Source of the DNA: a virus
Lineage: Duplodnaviria > Caudoviricetes
Direction: 5' to 3' (one strand)
IMG/VR virus record: IMGVR_UViG_3300032243_000668
Span: 1 to 26,382 of that record
DNA: 26,382 nucleotides
Below the pieces are notes generated by a model. The model was not told the DNA's origin. It searched no databases and worked only from the letters and a program-made list of their open reading frames with translations. Of this stretch, positions 14,227 to 23,789 are shown piece after piece. The first letter of the stretch is position 1, and every line of letters begins with the position of its first letter. The translations under genes and the position numbers were made by a program.

Positions 14227-15048
14227 TCAAAGATCGCGGGTTGCGCCCTTCGTCCATGCTATTGAGATGAAAATTGAGGTTGTTGAGCCTGGCGCACCAT
14301 ATATTCCCTCGTTTTCGGTTCCGTTCACATATCCTTGAGCGGGTATGTTTATTCCATCGACGGTTAATGAGACTGAGTTGTGAGCAAAGAAATCGTCGCC
14401 GTATATCCCCGCCCAATTAACAAGATAATTTCCAGTTGGTCCCGTAGTTCCTTCAGATCTAAATCCTATTTCTGGCCATATATACTTTGTTTCTGGGTCG
14501 TAATATGATGAATTTTCAGTCAGGTTTTCAAAGGCCGCGAGAAAAAACTCAATACCAATTTGCCACCCAAAGTAATAAGGGGAAGTCTGAGAATTTGAGG
14601 TGAGCGAACCCTGGCAATTAAAGTATGCGGTTTCTTTATTTGTAGATTCTATAACATTCAGTCTTTGCTTCATTCTGTAGTTCGCGGGAATAAGTTCATC
14701 AAATTCGCTGGATGTGGTTTGGCTGACAGTCCCGTCAATTAACGGTGGGTTAACAAAACTTCCGCTACTTGTAAATTGCGGGTATTTATTTTCTCGCCTT
14801 ACGTTCACTTCAAATGCTTTAGAGGTGGAATTTACACTGCCAGTTTCTGTGCCAGAATATCTAGTGTATGAGTGAGTTAGCGTTGCTGTGCATGTCCAGA
14901 CGTTCACATTTAGCCACTCAAAGTATTTTTTTATTGGTATTTTAACGCTTTTTCTTGCGGCCCAATATGTATTGCGACCATCGGGTGAAGTTTCTGGTGG
15001 GGGTCCAAGATTAAACGCTGGAGCCTTGTAGCCTAGTTCGGAAATCAT
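14227..15048 (-). CDS. Putative tail tip protein
   Basis: 273-aa ORF in the tail module, beta-rich, AT-richer DNA. Confidence 0.6.
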   Translation of the reverse strand: MISELGYKAPAFNLGPPPETSPDGRNTYWAARKSVKIPIKKYFEWLNVNVWTCTATLTHSYTRYSGTETGSVNSTSKAFEVNVRRENKYPQFTSSGSFVNPPLIDGTVSQTTSSEFDELIPANYRMKQRLNVIESTNKETAYFNCQGSLTSNSQTSPYYFGWQIGIEFFLAAFENLTENSSYYDPETKYIWPEIGFRSEGTTGPTGNYLVNWAGIYGDDFFAHNSVSLTVDGINIPAQGYVNGTENEGIYGAPGSTTSIFISIAWTKGATRDL

Positions 15049-15051
15049 GTT

Positions 15052-15678
15052 TTAATTGTATGCCCCGACATATTCCTGCGTCATTTGAATGGCGGGGTAT
15101 CCGTTAAAGGCAAATAAAGGAGTCATAATGTCAGTCTTTACGTTTTGCACGACCCTGTAGTCGGTTCCCCCTGACGTTGTGGCTTGGTATAGCCCAATCG
15201 TTATTCTGGCAAAAGATTGCGCACCAGAAGCGACTGCGGTTCGCGTAAGCGCAGTTGCGGCTGCCTGCGCCTTGAAGGTCATGGATGTGATCTCAAGATC
15301 TGAAATTACCGCCTCCAGATAGATTCGCGCTGGCACCGGGGTAAATCCCACCCAGGCGTTGATGTTGTTAGGTTGAATTGCGTTATTCTGCACCGTTCCC
15401 GGCCCCACTTTAAATTCGTAGGCGGTCGTCGTCGTTCTGACGTCCAATTTAAACGGATGGTCTGCAACTGAGCTGGCCTCAGATGCTGTCTTTGTCTTAA
15501 TCGATAGCGTCGTTCCCCCGCTCGATCGCGTGAACGTGTAGCCCGTCCCCTGCTGAATACGGCACGAATCGACCATCTCGCGCAGGCGGTTTAGCTTGTC
15601 GACAAATTGCGTGACGTCAGGGTTTTTGACTACTGAAAACGCCCCGCACTGAAAGCTGTCGGATTTTTCGGATGACAT
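15052..15678 (-). CDS. Putative minor tail protein
   Basis: Position after the tape measure; GYTFTRSSGGTTLSI...HPFK. Confidence 0.62.
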   Translation of the reverse strand: MSSEKSDSFQCGAFSVVKNPDVTQFVDKLNRLREMVDSCRIQQGTGYTFTRSSGGTTLSIKTKTASEASSVADHPFKLDVRTTTTAYEFKVGPGTVQNNAIQPNNINAWVGFTPVPARIYLEAVISDLEITSMTFKAQAAATALTRTAVASGAQSFARITIGLYQATTSGGTDYRVVQNVKTDIMTPLFAFNGYPAIQMTQEYVGAYN

Positions 15679-15681
15679 ATT

Positions 15682-16323
15682 TTAGGTGTAGAGGAAATCG
15701 TCCCAACCGCCCTCGCCGCTCATCTCGTATTCCTCGGTAATCGTGTAGCTACCGCTAACGCCTCTAGCGGAAACGTTGATTAGTAGAAAATTTGCACCCG
15801 TGGGCATTCCTGTTGGCGTGATCCCTGGGCTAGTGATCTTGCCCACCTTGGCGGCTATGGTCGGGCTGGCCGATTGATAAGTTTTGCGAATTACTAAGGA
15901 CGGCGAATAGTAAGATTCCACGCCGCTAATTAGGTACTCGTAAAGTGCGATTGCCTTCAGCGGAGTGGTCGTATCGTCAAATGTAGGCGAACGGTCGGGA
16001 ACTGAGATTGAGTCTTTAATTATCTTTTTATCGGCTGCCGATAGGTAAGTTTCGCCGAATGCCGGGTGTGCCTCAATCGGGACGGTGCGAACGGCGGCAA
16101 TTATTTCGTAATTGGTACTGCCTGCCGTGGTAGATGTTTGCTGGATTTGGTATTGCGTTTGGATCTGCCCAGCCTCCGCATTGACCACGGTCTTGGCTTT
16201 GATCGTGCCGCTAATCCCGCCTGGAGCTGGAGCCTCCTGGTCGCCTATGTAGGTGATCGCTACGACTTTTTTACCCGTGTCGTCTACGGTGGTCGATCGT
16301 CCTGGCTGTTCGTAATATGCCAT
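15682..16323 (-). CDS. Putative distal tail/hub protein
   Basis: Directly after the tape measure (TAATG overlap); PIEAHPAF, YTITEEYEMSGEGGWD. Confidence 0.65.
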   Translation of the reverse strand: MAYYEQPGRSTTVDDTGKKVVAITYIGDQEAPAPGGISGTIKAKTVVNAEAGQIQTQYQIQQTSTTAGSTNYEIIAAVRTVPIEAHPAFGETYLSAADKKIIKDSISVPDRSPTFDDTTTPLKAIALYEYLISGVESYYSPSLVIRKTYQSASPTIAAKVGKITSPGITPTGMPTGANFLLINVSARGVSGSYTITEEYEMSGEGGWDDFLYT

Positions 16324-17414
16324 TATTGTGCTCCCTTTGATGCGCTAAAACCTGCTATGCCGTCAACAATCTCAGCTTTTACCCTGAATTTTCCAGAAGA
16401 TAGGCCACCGTAAATGTCTTTTGTATAATCCTGCCCGCCGATTCGTGCGAATTGGCCACCGCCTCCAACCTTCTGCAAGGCGTCCGCAAGAATGGTGAGT
16501 TTGTTGTCGCCCTTTAATGGGGCAGCTACAGCATCCATGTTAGGCATTGCTCTGTTTCCTGGGTTTGCGGATATCGCCATCCGTTGATCAAATTCGGTTT
16601 GGCCTCTGGTAAATGCTTCCATAATTTTTTGTGGGCCATTTATAAGTTCTTTTATGTTCCCTCCCATTAGATCGGCAATTTGCCCGCCAAATTCGTAGGC
16701 TACGGCCTGAAGCCCCGCAAAAAGCCTTAAAACAGGAGTACCAAACTTGGCCGCAATATCTCCAAACAGATCCGTTATATTGTTTTTAATCCGTATAAAT
16801 TCATCCTCTAACCCCTTAAGCGCACCTGCTGTCTCTATGGAGAAAGAACGCATACTATCGGCTTCTTCGCGAATTGACTCTGCGCCTTGCCCTAGAAAGG
16901 CAAGCATACCGGGGCCACCACGACTCATTAGATCTTTAGCTAATGCAAAGTCTTTCCCAGCCAATGCGCCGCTATGAAGTGCGTCGGCAAATTTCATTAG
17001 CTTTTCAGTAGGAGTCATTGTTACAAGTTCGCTCCCAGATATTCCTACTGCCTTAAATTCTTCACGCATTTTTGCTGCCTCTTCCCCTGTTCCATTAAAT
17101 GCTTTTTGAGCGTTGGCCTCCATAAGTTGCATGGCCTTGGCAAGTGTTTCCATATCCACGCCAGACAACTCTGCTGCGTTTGCCATTCTCTGTAGTTCAT
17201 CCGATGGGATTCCGAATCGCTTGGCTACGTCCACAAGGCGAGATGCCTTGCTGATAGCGCCTTCAAATCCAGCCGCTAGACGCTCCAAGCCAAAGACGCC
17301 AGCAAGGCCAGCCATCAATTCATGTTTAAACCTTGCGGCTGAATTTTGCAGCCTGGCAAATCCAGTTTCAAATGCCGATGTCTCAAGTCCTACGGATACT
17401 TTTACTTCACTCAT
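16323..17414 (-). CDS. Tape measure protein (short, 363 aa)
   Basis: Ala/Gly-rich helical; AKRFGIPSDELQRMANAAELSGVD typical of TMPs. Confidence 0.8.
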   Translation of the reverse strand: MSEVKVSVGLETSAFETGFARLQNSAARFKHELMAGLAGVFGLERLAAGFEGAISKASRLVDVAKRFGIPSDELQRMANAAELSGVDMETLAKAMQLMEANAQKAFNGTGEEAAKMREEFKAVGISGSELVTMTPTEKLMKFADALHSGALAGKDFALAKDLMSRGGPGMLAFLGQGAESIREEADSMRSFSIETAGALKGLEDEFIRIKNNITDLFGDIAAKFGTPVLRLFAGLQAVAYEFGGQIADLMGGNIKELINGPQKIMEAFTRGQTEFDQRMAISANPGNRAMPNMDAVAAPLKGDNKLTILADALQKVGGGGQFARIGGQDYTKDIYGGLSSGKFRVKAEIVDGIAGFSASKGAQ

Positions 17415-18214
17415 TTAAACCCCGCAACTTTGGAAGAATGCTTAATGGCTATATCGATCTCTTTCACAATCTTGTACTTGGCTATGTCAAGAGCGTGCTG
17501 ACCTTGGCTTGGCGACAATACTTTCGACACCCACGGAACCATGTTTGTGAAGGTAATGCGCGGATCTTTTTTTCGCATGCTTTGATCGTTGACCATGCCG
17601 CCTGCTCGTTTGCCAGCGTGCCTAGTTACCCACTGCGGAATGCCCCTAGATCCACCTAAAATCTTAGCACATGCAGCCCAGCCACCCTTAGCTATGCCTG
17701 ACTTTTTCCAAACGCTCTGCTTGTAAGATGCTAAATCAGATTCTGAAACCACGCCTCGCGGCCGCTCCTGATGTCTGCCCACATCCTTTGTTTGCCGTTT
17801 GGAATTTGCATTTTTCACATTCCCGCGCCCCGCTGTTCTCATCGTCTGATGAAAAGCCTTCATCTGACTTTTCGTCATATAAGTATCGGTATCAGTAATC
17901 CAAACCGTGCCGTCTTTGCGTGTTAATACTAAGCGTTTATTTGTTCCGCCCATAACCTCTTTGAAATAGGCCATGCTTTGTGCATTAAGGCTTACAAAAA
18001 TATAGTTTAGATCTCTAGCGATTGCCTTCATACCTTGCAGCCTTCCCTGCTCATCTCCGAAAGGTTGAGTCTGATAGGCAAGATTAACGCAAATCAGTCG
18101 CGTTGCTTTCTTTAGGGCTTCTGAAACATTTTTCCCCTTCAACACCATCCATTGCTTGAGCGCTTGCTGAAGGCGAGAATCGTCCACCCGCATGTAGACG
18201 GGCTGCAATCTCAT
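17411..18214 (-). CDS. Basic neck/tail-completion-like protein
   Basis: K/R-rich; SGIAKGGW, ITFTNMVPW reminiscent of HK97 gp10-like proteins. Confidence 0.55.
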   Translation of the reverse strand: MRLQPVYMRVDDSRLQQALKQWMVLKGKNVSEALKKATRLICVNLAYQTQPFGDEQGRLQGMKAIARDLNYIFVSLNAQSMAYFKEVMGGTNKRLVLTRKDGTVWITDTDTYMTKSQMKAFHQTMRTAGRGNVKNANSKRQTKDVGRHQERPRGVVSESDLASYKQSVWKKSGIAKGGWAACAKILGGSRGIPQWVTRHAGKRAGGMVNDQSMRKKDPRITFTNMVPWVSKVLSPSQGQHALDIAKYKIVKEIDIAIKHSSKVAGFK

Positions 18215-18768
18215 TTTTGCCCTGCCTTTACCCGATCAATTACGAGCTGTTCTTCCGGGCTAACAAGATCGATCTCAGATCCCCTCTGCTTTGCACACGC
18301 AATATAGTACCAATGAGCTAAACCTATCGGCATATTCCAAGACCTAGTTTCTCCAAATCCGTGACGCACAAGCCAAGCGACAAGATCTAGCGCCATGGGT
18401 AGCGGGCATTTAGGCGCCTCTTTTTTATCAGTCTTATCGGCTGTCCAAAGCATCGGCACTGAATTATAGTCGTTAAAGTAAGTGACGAGTTTCTTTGATT
18501 CTCTTTCTAGTCGATCACCACGCAAAAACGTGTTTCGCAGGATTGTAAAAACACCAGCCTTGAGCGTGAATGTAGGCCATTCATTTGAGCAAATGGCCAC
18601 TGCCGAATGAAGATCGGTTAGAGTGAGAGTCCCGCGACCTAACCAGATTGGCGATTGAATCGCCTCAAGCAGTAGGGCATGCCAAATCGAAAACGGCTTT
18701 AACTTCTTGCCCAATACGTAGTGATCTAGGTTTAAGACGCTCTCGGCAAACTTTAAATCTAGGGACAT
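18211..18768 (-). CDS. Putative tail assembly chaperone
   Basis: LGKKLKPFSIWHALLLE...WNMPIGLAHWY; between tube-like genes and the TMP. Confidence 0.55.
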   Translation of the reverse strand: MSLDLKFAESVLNLDHYVLGKKLKPFSIWHALLLEAIQSPIWLGRGTLTLTDLHSAVAICSNEWPTFTLKAGVFTILRNTFLRGDRLERESKKLVTYFNDYNSVPMLWTADKTDKKEAPKCPLPMALDLVAWLVRHGFGETRSWNMPIGLAHWYYIACAKQRGSEIDLVSPEEQLVIDRVKAGQK

Positions 18769-18796
18769 ATTTTATGCCCCGGCTTCAGCAATCGGT

Positions 18797-19090
18797 TTAA
18801 GCTGCGTAATCGTATGCGGTACCGCGTAAAGAGACTTTTTTAACGTCTCCTGCGGTGCGCTTTGTTTCCGTGCTGGTAACTAAAAATGTTTTGCCCTTGT
18901 AGGTTACAGATGTGCTTGCGGTAAAGCCGTCATCAATGCCCTCAATGCTGATATCCAGTTTTTTGTTGTATGCTTCCGCAACAATGGGGGCGGTGTTTGC
19001 AGTTCCTGACTCAACGATGGATGTATCCACAGATCCGCTAATGGACACGTTTGTTAAGGCCAACCCTGATACTGTTCCTGAAAATGCCAT
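18797..19090 (-). CDS. Small tail tube-like protein (97 aa)
   Basis: T/S-rich beta protein in the tail-tube position. Confidence 0.55.
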   Translation of the reverse strand: MAFSGTVSGLALTNVSISGSVDTSIVESGTANTAPIVAEAYNKKLDISIEGIDDGFTASTSVTYKGKTFLVTSTETKRTAGDVKKVSLRGTAYDYAA

Positions 19091-19091
19091 A

Positions 19092-19379
19092 TTAGGAGAT
19101 TGTTGTCAGTTGCGTTGTGTTGGTTGTGAGTCGATTTGGTTCCGTTGGGCTTTCCCTGTATTCGTATGATGTAATTCTGGCGGTAGTTCCCATTGACCCG
19201 GTAAAAAGCGTCGGCAAGGATGCGCTGCCAACGGTTTCTGTGCTCCCCTCGCCCCTTGCGTATTTTTGAAAAACAGTAACTACAGCGCCGGTTGCGCCAA
19301 CAATAGGAGCCAGCTCATTTGTGGTTACTACTGATTCAGTGACGTTAGAACTAACAGTGGTTCCGTAGATGTATGCCAT
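19092..19379 (-). CDS. Small tail tube-like protein (95 aa)
   Basis: T/S-rich beta protein, MAYIYGTT..., in the tail-tube position. Confidence 0.55.
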   Translation of the reverse strand: MAYIYGTTVSSNVTESVVTTNELAPIVGATGAVVTVFQKYARGEGSTETVGSASLPTLFTGSMGTTARITSYEYRESPTEPNRLTTNTTQLTTIS

Positions 19380-19401
19380 ACGCGGGAATAATCCGTGTCA
19401 A

Positions 19402-19818
19402 TTAACGTGTCACAAAAAAGAATGCTGAAACCGTGTCGCCCATAGCCTGTTCGTTTCCTGAGCTTTTTTCGTCGGCAATATAAGAGCCATAAACCGTCAT
19501 TCCAGAAGTAATTGCGGAGCAGATGGCCGAATTATTCCTAAGCCTTTCGCATGCCCAAAGGTAGAAAGCCGAATGGCTGACCGTAGTACCAGTCTCCTGC
19601 ATAGGCGTAATTACCGTCGCATCGATTCTGATCTTTCTATCCGCCCCTGGATTGCCGTCGGATATCGGCTCTGCCGATTCGGCATGGATGATCAGAGCTG
19701 GAACCTGTAGATCATCAATCCTATGCCCAGCCTGAATGTTTAAGCCGGTAGGCTTAGACGGACTGACGGTGGTTAAGTAGCTGGTCAGTGCGTTTTCAAA
19801 GTCTAGGCGTAGGCTCAT
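19402..19818 (-). CDS. Tail terminator-like protein
   Basis: Size, position, VPALIIHAES motif. Confidence 0.55.
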   Translation of the reverse strand: MSLRLDFENALTSYLTTVSPSKPTGLNIQAGHRIDDLQVPALIIHAESAEPISDGNPGADRKIRIDATVITPMQETGTTVSHSAFYLWACERLRNNSAICSAITSGMTVYGSYIADEKSSGNEQAMGDTVSAFFFVTR

Positions 19819-20126
19819 TTTCTTACGTCCTCTGGGGTGTTGAGCGTAAGGCTAGTCGTGCCGCTGTCTGTATTGATCCCGGCTACCCTTTTGCGAACGC
19901 CTGCAACCGTGATGACGCTCATCAGGCTGGGCGTTGTAACGCCTGCGCTTACATAAACAAATTCGCTGCCCTGGGGATCGATCATCCCACCGTAGCCAAG
20001 CTGACCCGTCTGCTCGTTTGACGTATAAAAGCCTGTAACAACTGTGCCGCTAAAAGATGCGGTAACGGGTGCGGCGGCAATCGCTTCGGAAAGGCCGCTG
20101 GTCATAAGTTGTTCCAGCTCGGTCAC
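19815..20126 (-). CDS. Head-tail joining protein (lambda FII-like)
   Basis: 103 aa, beta-rich, VITVAGVRKRVAGI...TSLTL. Confidence 0.6.
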   Translation of the reverse strand: MTELEQLMTSGLSEAIAAAPVTASFSGTVVTGFYTSNEQTGQLGYGGMIDPQGSEFVYVSAGVTTPSLMSVITVAGVRKRVAGINTDSGTTSLTLNTPEDVRK

Positions 20127-20136
20127 GCTGAACTTT

Positions 20137-20703
20137 TTATGTCAAAGCAGGCACAGCAATCCAGCAGTGTTCGGGGCATGGTGCCGGGTGCGGGATTTTT
20201 ATGTATTCCCTGCCCCATCTTGAAAGGATGGCGACCAGCTCGCTTTCCTTGGCGTGGCTTTCGATTAGGAATGAAGTTTTTAAGTAGGCGGCAGGATTTG
20301 CAATCCCAGCCAGAATAGAATCCTCCGCGCCCTCCACGTCTATTTTTACAAAGTCGGGTACTCGCCCTGCACACAGTTGCTCAAAGGTTTGCTGGGTAAT
20401 TTCAAGCGGTTGCCCTCCCGTGCCGTGCAGCGGGTGCGTTTCGCCCAGGTGATTCTGTTGCGGTTCGCTCGAAAGCCATAGGGTGCAAACGCCTGTCGAT
20501 TTGCCGATGACCATTCGATAGAACTCCGTTCCCGTAATCTCTGGGCAGCGATCGTCTGGCTCGACTGCAATTACCCGATCAAAAAGAGGCTTTAGGAAAT
20601 TTGACCAAGTTCCAAAGTTTGCCCCGATATCGACGGCAAGCCTGCGCCCGCACTTGGAAAGCAAGTGCTGGACGTGCGTATCTAACCACTCCTCGTCACG
20701 CAT
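20137..20703 (-). CDS. FkbM-family SAM-dependent methyltransferase
   Basis: VDIGANFG, IAVEP, DFVKIDVEGAE, LIESH. Confidence 0.9.
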   Translation of the reverse strand: MRDEEWLDTHVQHLLSKCGRRLAVDIGANFGTWSNFLKPLFDRVIAVEPDDRCPEITGTEFYRMVIGKSTGVCTLWLSSEPQQNHLGETHPLHGTGGQPLEITQQTFEQLCAGRVPDFVKIDVEGAEDSILAGIANPAAYLKTSFLIESHAKESELVAILSRWGREYIKIPHPAPCPEHCWIAVPALT

Positions 20704-22828
20704 TTTTTAGAAGTGCGTAGGCAGCTAGGTTGCCGCCAGTTCCTTTGTTGTTTTGCAAGGCGTCTGGCCCCAAACCCTCCTGGCGAATCTTTAAGGCATT
20801 CGCGCGGTTTAATTCTGAGGTGTTGCAGACAAGCGTGGCAGTGCCTGCCTTGCGCAGTTCCGTGCTGATCATGTAATCATCCGCAAGGAAACGGGCGCGA
20901 GCCAATGGAGTCAGCCCAGCAAAGTCATTAGCGGCAACGGCTGACCACAGCTCGGCCTTCGGCATATCCGAACGCCGACACATCACGCCGCCGAATCCTT
21001 CCAGAATCTCAGCATTCCCGCCGTGATCCGGGGCGATGGCGTAGCCGGTAGATCCCGTCATAAAAAATCCGCAGACTCCAATCGCCGTTTTTGGTCTGTT
21101 ATGTAGTTCTTCAGCGAGGGTCTGCAAAAGTCGTGGACTGTAGAGAATGTCGTCATCCAGCCAGCAAATCTTGTCGTCAGGATCCCCGCCTACTTCCAGC
21201 GGGCCGATAAACTTGGTCGCAGGCCCGTAGTCCTTCGTGCGGTGAATTTGTAATTTACCAGCATCAGCCAGCTCTTGTATCTCTTTTGGAATATCCCCAA
21301 AGCGTTCCCCTGTTCGCGCTAGTTTTTCGGGCACGGATAGTATGATCTGATCAGCTGGACGCGATTGGTTCAGCAGGCTTTTTATGGTGGGCAAAATTGT
21401 GCCGATCCGTTTCGGCGTTGTAGTTAAGCCAACGATGACGCGGTTTAAGCGATCGACAGGATCGGGCAACCGATCCGCCCCTGGCGGGATAGTTCCGTTT
21501 TCAATAAGATCCGCATCCCAGCGTAGTCCTGGCATCTTGGCATCTTTAGCAGTAACGGTGATCAGAATATCCCCGGCGGCTGCTCCCATCGCTTCATCAG
21601 CAGAGTGGACGATCCGATGGCGATCAGCCTGCTTGTTCCCGCGTTGAGTTATCAGCATGTGCTGGATTGCGTTAGGATCGTCTGCCGTGTCTGTGTACAG
21701 GGCGAGCGAGCGCAGGCAGTCCTCTGGCTCGCCAACGTGTAGTACGGTGATTCTTCCCCAGGCTGATCGGAATCCTTCCCTAACCAGAACATCGGCCTCT
21801 AGGTTTTGTTTATTTGCCCGCAAGCATTGCGCCATGAACTGCCGGGGCAAGTGTTTGTACCAACGATTCTCCTGATTCCAGTCGCTCGTGTGCGGCATAG
21901 AATCCACAATTCTCAAAAGATGGTAGGCAGAGGTAAAATCTCCGTGATCCATTCTATCTGCCGCAAGTAAGCCATGCGCCTCACGGCGGAGCGGGGAAAG
22001 TGTGATGGCTTTGCCCAGATGCTCCAATCGCTTTGCCCGATCGGAAAGCATCATGGAGGCTTGAGTGTGGAGCTGGTAACGCTCGGCTGGGCCGAGATCC
22101 GAATGCTCTAACGCTAACAGGCAAGGCCCGATGGCTTGCTGATATTCGTTCTTCAAAAAGTGCTCTTGCGCCAAGTAGTACCACTCCATGCCAATGCCGT
22201 TGATCCTGCTGGCGATGATTCGTTTGTTCCGCTCTGCGCTAGATATCTTTGGCCCATTAGGGGCATGAAGGATTTTAAGGTGTTCTGCTACTGCGATCTT
22301 TGTGTCTTTTGCTGGGGTGACTCTTTCGTGGATCTGTCGTTCCCAATGGGCTGGAAGGTTGCCGTCTTTCATCCTACAAAATATCCGCTCTCTGCGATTG
22401 TTCCTCATTCCTGAGTTCTGCACGTCGTATGTGGTCACAAGGATATCCCACTCGGTCTTACCTGCCTCCCTATCCAATATCGCTTGCCGATGAGCCTCTG
22501 CCTGACCTGGCTCAAAGATATCGTCGCAATCTGCCCAAATGACGTACTTGCCCGTGGCTAGGCTGAATGCCTTGTTTCTAGCGGCTGCAAAATTATCAAT
22601 ATGAGGCCAATCCTTGAACTCAGGGCTATTGTGGTACTCCTCGCACACTAAAGCCTCGCCAGCGGCTTCCTGTGCGCATTGGCGTACATTGTGCGCATCA
22701 TTTGCGCCTACTGCTGGGACGACTACGACCTGATCCCATAGGCCACGGGACGACTCAATCAGTCTACGCAAAATCGCCCCCTCGCCGGGGCCGGCGATGA
22801 GGGCGATTGAGACAAGGGGGGTTTTCAT
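20696..22828 (-). CDS. Multidomain glycosyltransferase (GT2 + TPR + second GT-A domain)
   Basis: NFAAARNKAFSLATGKYVIWADCDD, QIHE; TPR-like YYLAQE, AITLSPLRREAH; C-terminal LTTTPKRI, DYGPATKF, WLDDDILY, ADDY. Confidence 0.88.
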   Translation of the reverse strand: MKTPLVSIALIAGPGEGAILRRLIESSRGLWDQVVVVPAVGANDAHNVRQCAQEAAGEALVCEEYHNSPEFKDWPHIDNFAAARNKAFSLATGKYVIWADCDDIFEPGQAEAHRQAILDREAGKTEWDILVTTYDVQNSGMRNNRRERIFCRMKDGNLPAHWERQIHERVTPAKDTKIAVAEHLKILHAPNGPKISSAERNKRIIASRINGIGMEWYYLAQEHFLKNEYQQAIGPCLLALEHSDLGPAERYQLHTQASMMLSDRAKRLEHLGKAITLSPLRREAHGLLAADRMDHGDFTSAYHLLRIVDSMPHTSDWNQENRWYKHLPRQFMAQCLRANKQNLEADVLVREGFRSAWGRITVLHVGEPEDCLRSLALYTDTADDPNAIQHMLITQRGNKQADRHRIVHSADEAMGAAAGDILITVTAKDAKMPGLRWDADLIENGTIPPGADRLPDPVDRLNRVIVGLTTTPKRIGTILPTIKSLLNQSRPADQIILSVPEKLARTGERFGDIPKEIQELADAGKLQIHRTKDYGPATKFIGPLEVGGDPDDKICWLDDDILYSPRLLQTLAEELHNRPKTAIGVCGFFMTGSTGYAIAPDHGGNAEILEGFGGVMCRRSDMPKAELWSAVAANDFAGLTPLARARFLADDYMISTELRKAGTATLVCNTSELNRANALKIRQEGLGPDALQNNKGTGGNLAAYALLKNA

Positions 22829-22844
22829 TTTTTTAAGTGGGAAA

Positions 22845-22874
22845 GCTCGGACGCACCCCCCGATGCGTCCGAGC
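22845..22874 (-). terminator. Hairpin after the capsid gene, probable weak intrinsic terminator
   Basis: 11-bp perfect stem GCTCGGACGCA/TGCGTCCGAGC followed by TTTCCCACTT on the minus strand. Confidence 0.65.
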
Positions 22875-22894
22875 CACCCGGATGATTCTGTAAC

Positions 22895-23770
22895 TTAGAC
22901 CAAGCGAACGAGGCTAGATCCCGAACCGACTCCTGTTCCGTACAGAAGGATGTAGCTGCGGAAGGTCTGCCCAAGATTCGGGTTAAACCATTCGCGCATC
23001 TGCATGCTTAAGCCAGACTCTGGTTCCGTCACGTTCTCGACCAAGCCAGGGAAGTTCTCAGGAACTTCAGGCAAGCGAGAGGCAATCAAGAGAGCTTCCT
23101 GTTGAGCCGCAAAGCCCTTGGAAACTGCGCTGGGCAAGTTTGTGTAAGAGAACACGTTGATGTTGTTTACCAGACCGATGCGGCCCGTGCCGATCTTGTC
23201 TGCGTTCAACTGAGCGTTCGCCACGATGGACGAATCGTTCAAGAGGCTCGCGTAGTTGTCGGGAGACACTACGGCAAACCGATTCACGCCCGGAACCTTG
23301 CTATTATCCAAGGTATATCCGAGAGAGGTCACGCCACGATAGGTCAACGCACCGGCTGCAACCGATAGGCTGCTGCTGTAGTTGCCGCTCGTTACGTTTG
23401 CGAGTACGGAATCAACCATGCCCTTGCCAACCGCATAAGCGGCGGAAGCAGCAAAGCGCTCGATCAGATTGATCTGCGAGCTGGCTCTCTCGTCATCGCG
23501 GATAGCAACGGTCGAGTGGATCAGGTTGGACAGAGAGATTGTGCAATCAGTCTGCGTCCGATCGTTCGAGACGTATCCGGCGGTGGTGGAGTAAGCCGAG
23601 GCAGTGCCTACGGTTACGAGGTGGGTGGTGATGGTATCACCTTTGCGAGCGGGAACGTCCGAAAAATCGGTTACGCCCTGCGTTAAGAAAGGAAAGCGAT
23701 CGACCAAGATCGTGAGTGCACGCTGGGCGATGGCTTTTCCATTCGAGACTGATCCGAGTGTATTTGCCAT
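22895..23770 (-). CDS. Major capsid protein (HK97 fold, P22-coat-like)
   Basis: MANTL start, DFS...KGDTI, RFAVVSP, ILLYGTGV; follows protease/scaffold and precedes a hairpin. Confidence 0.85.
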   Translation of the reverse strand: MANTLGSVSNGKAIAQRALTILVDRFPFLTQGVTDFSDVPARKGDTITTHLVTVGTASAYSTTAGYVSNDRTQTDCTISLSNLIHSTVAIRDDERASSQINLIERFAASAAYAVGKGMVDSVLANVTSGNYSSSLSVAAGALTYRGVTSLGYTLDNSKVPGVNRFAVVSPDNYASLLNDSSIVANAQLNADKIGTGRIGLVNNINVFSYTNLPSAVSKGFAAQQEALLIASRLPEVPENFPGLVENVTEPESGLSMQMREWFNPNLGQTFRSYILLYGTGVGSGSSLVRLV

Positions 23771-23789
23771 GGTGGTTTGTTATCCTTTG

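Noticed and set aside
17485-17490. TTGACA upstream of the tape measure gene
   Set aside because: About 70 nt from the start and inside a CDS; does not fit the 13-20 nt spacing.
18211-18796. Programmed frameshift in the tail chaperone
   Set aside because: No convincing slippery heptamer with an overlapping second frame was found; ORF is a single 185-aa gene.
20137-20703. DNA methyltransferase
   Set aside because: Lacks DPPY/NPPY or PC motifs; has the FkbM KIDVEG signature.
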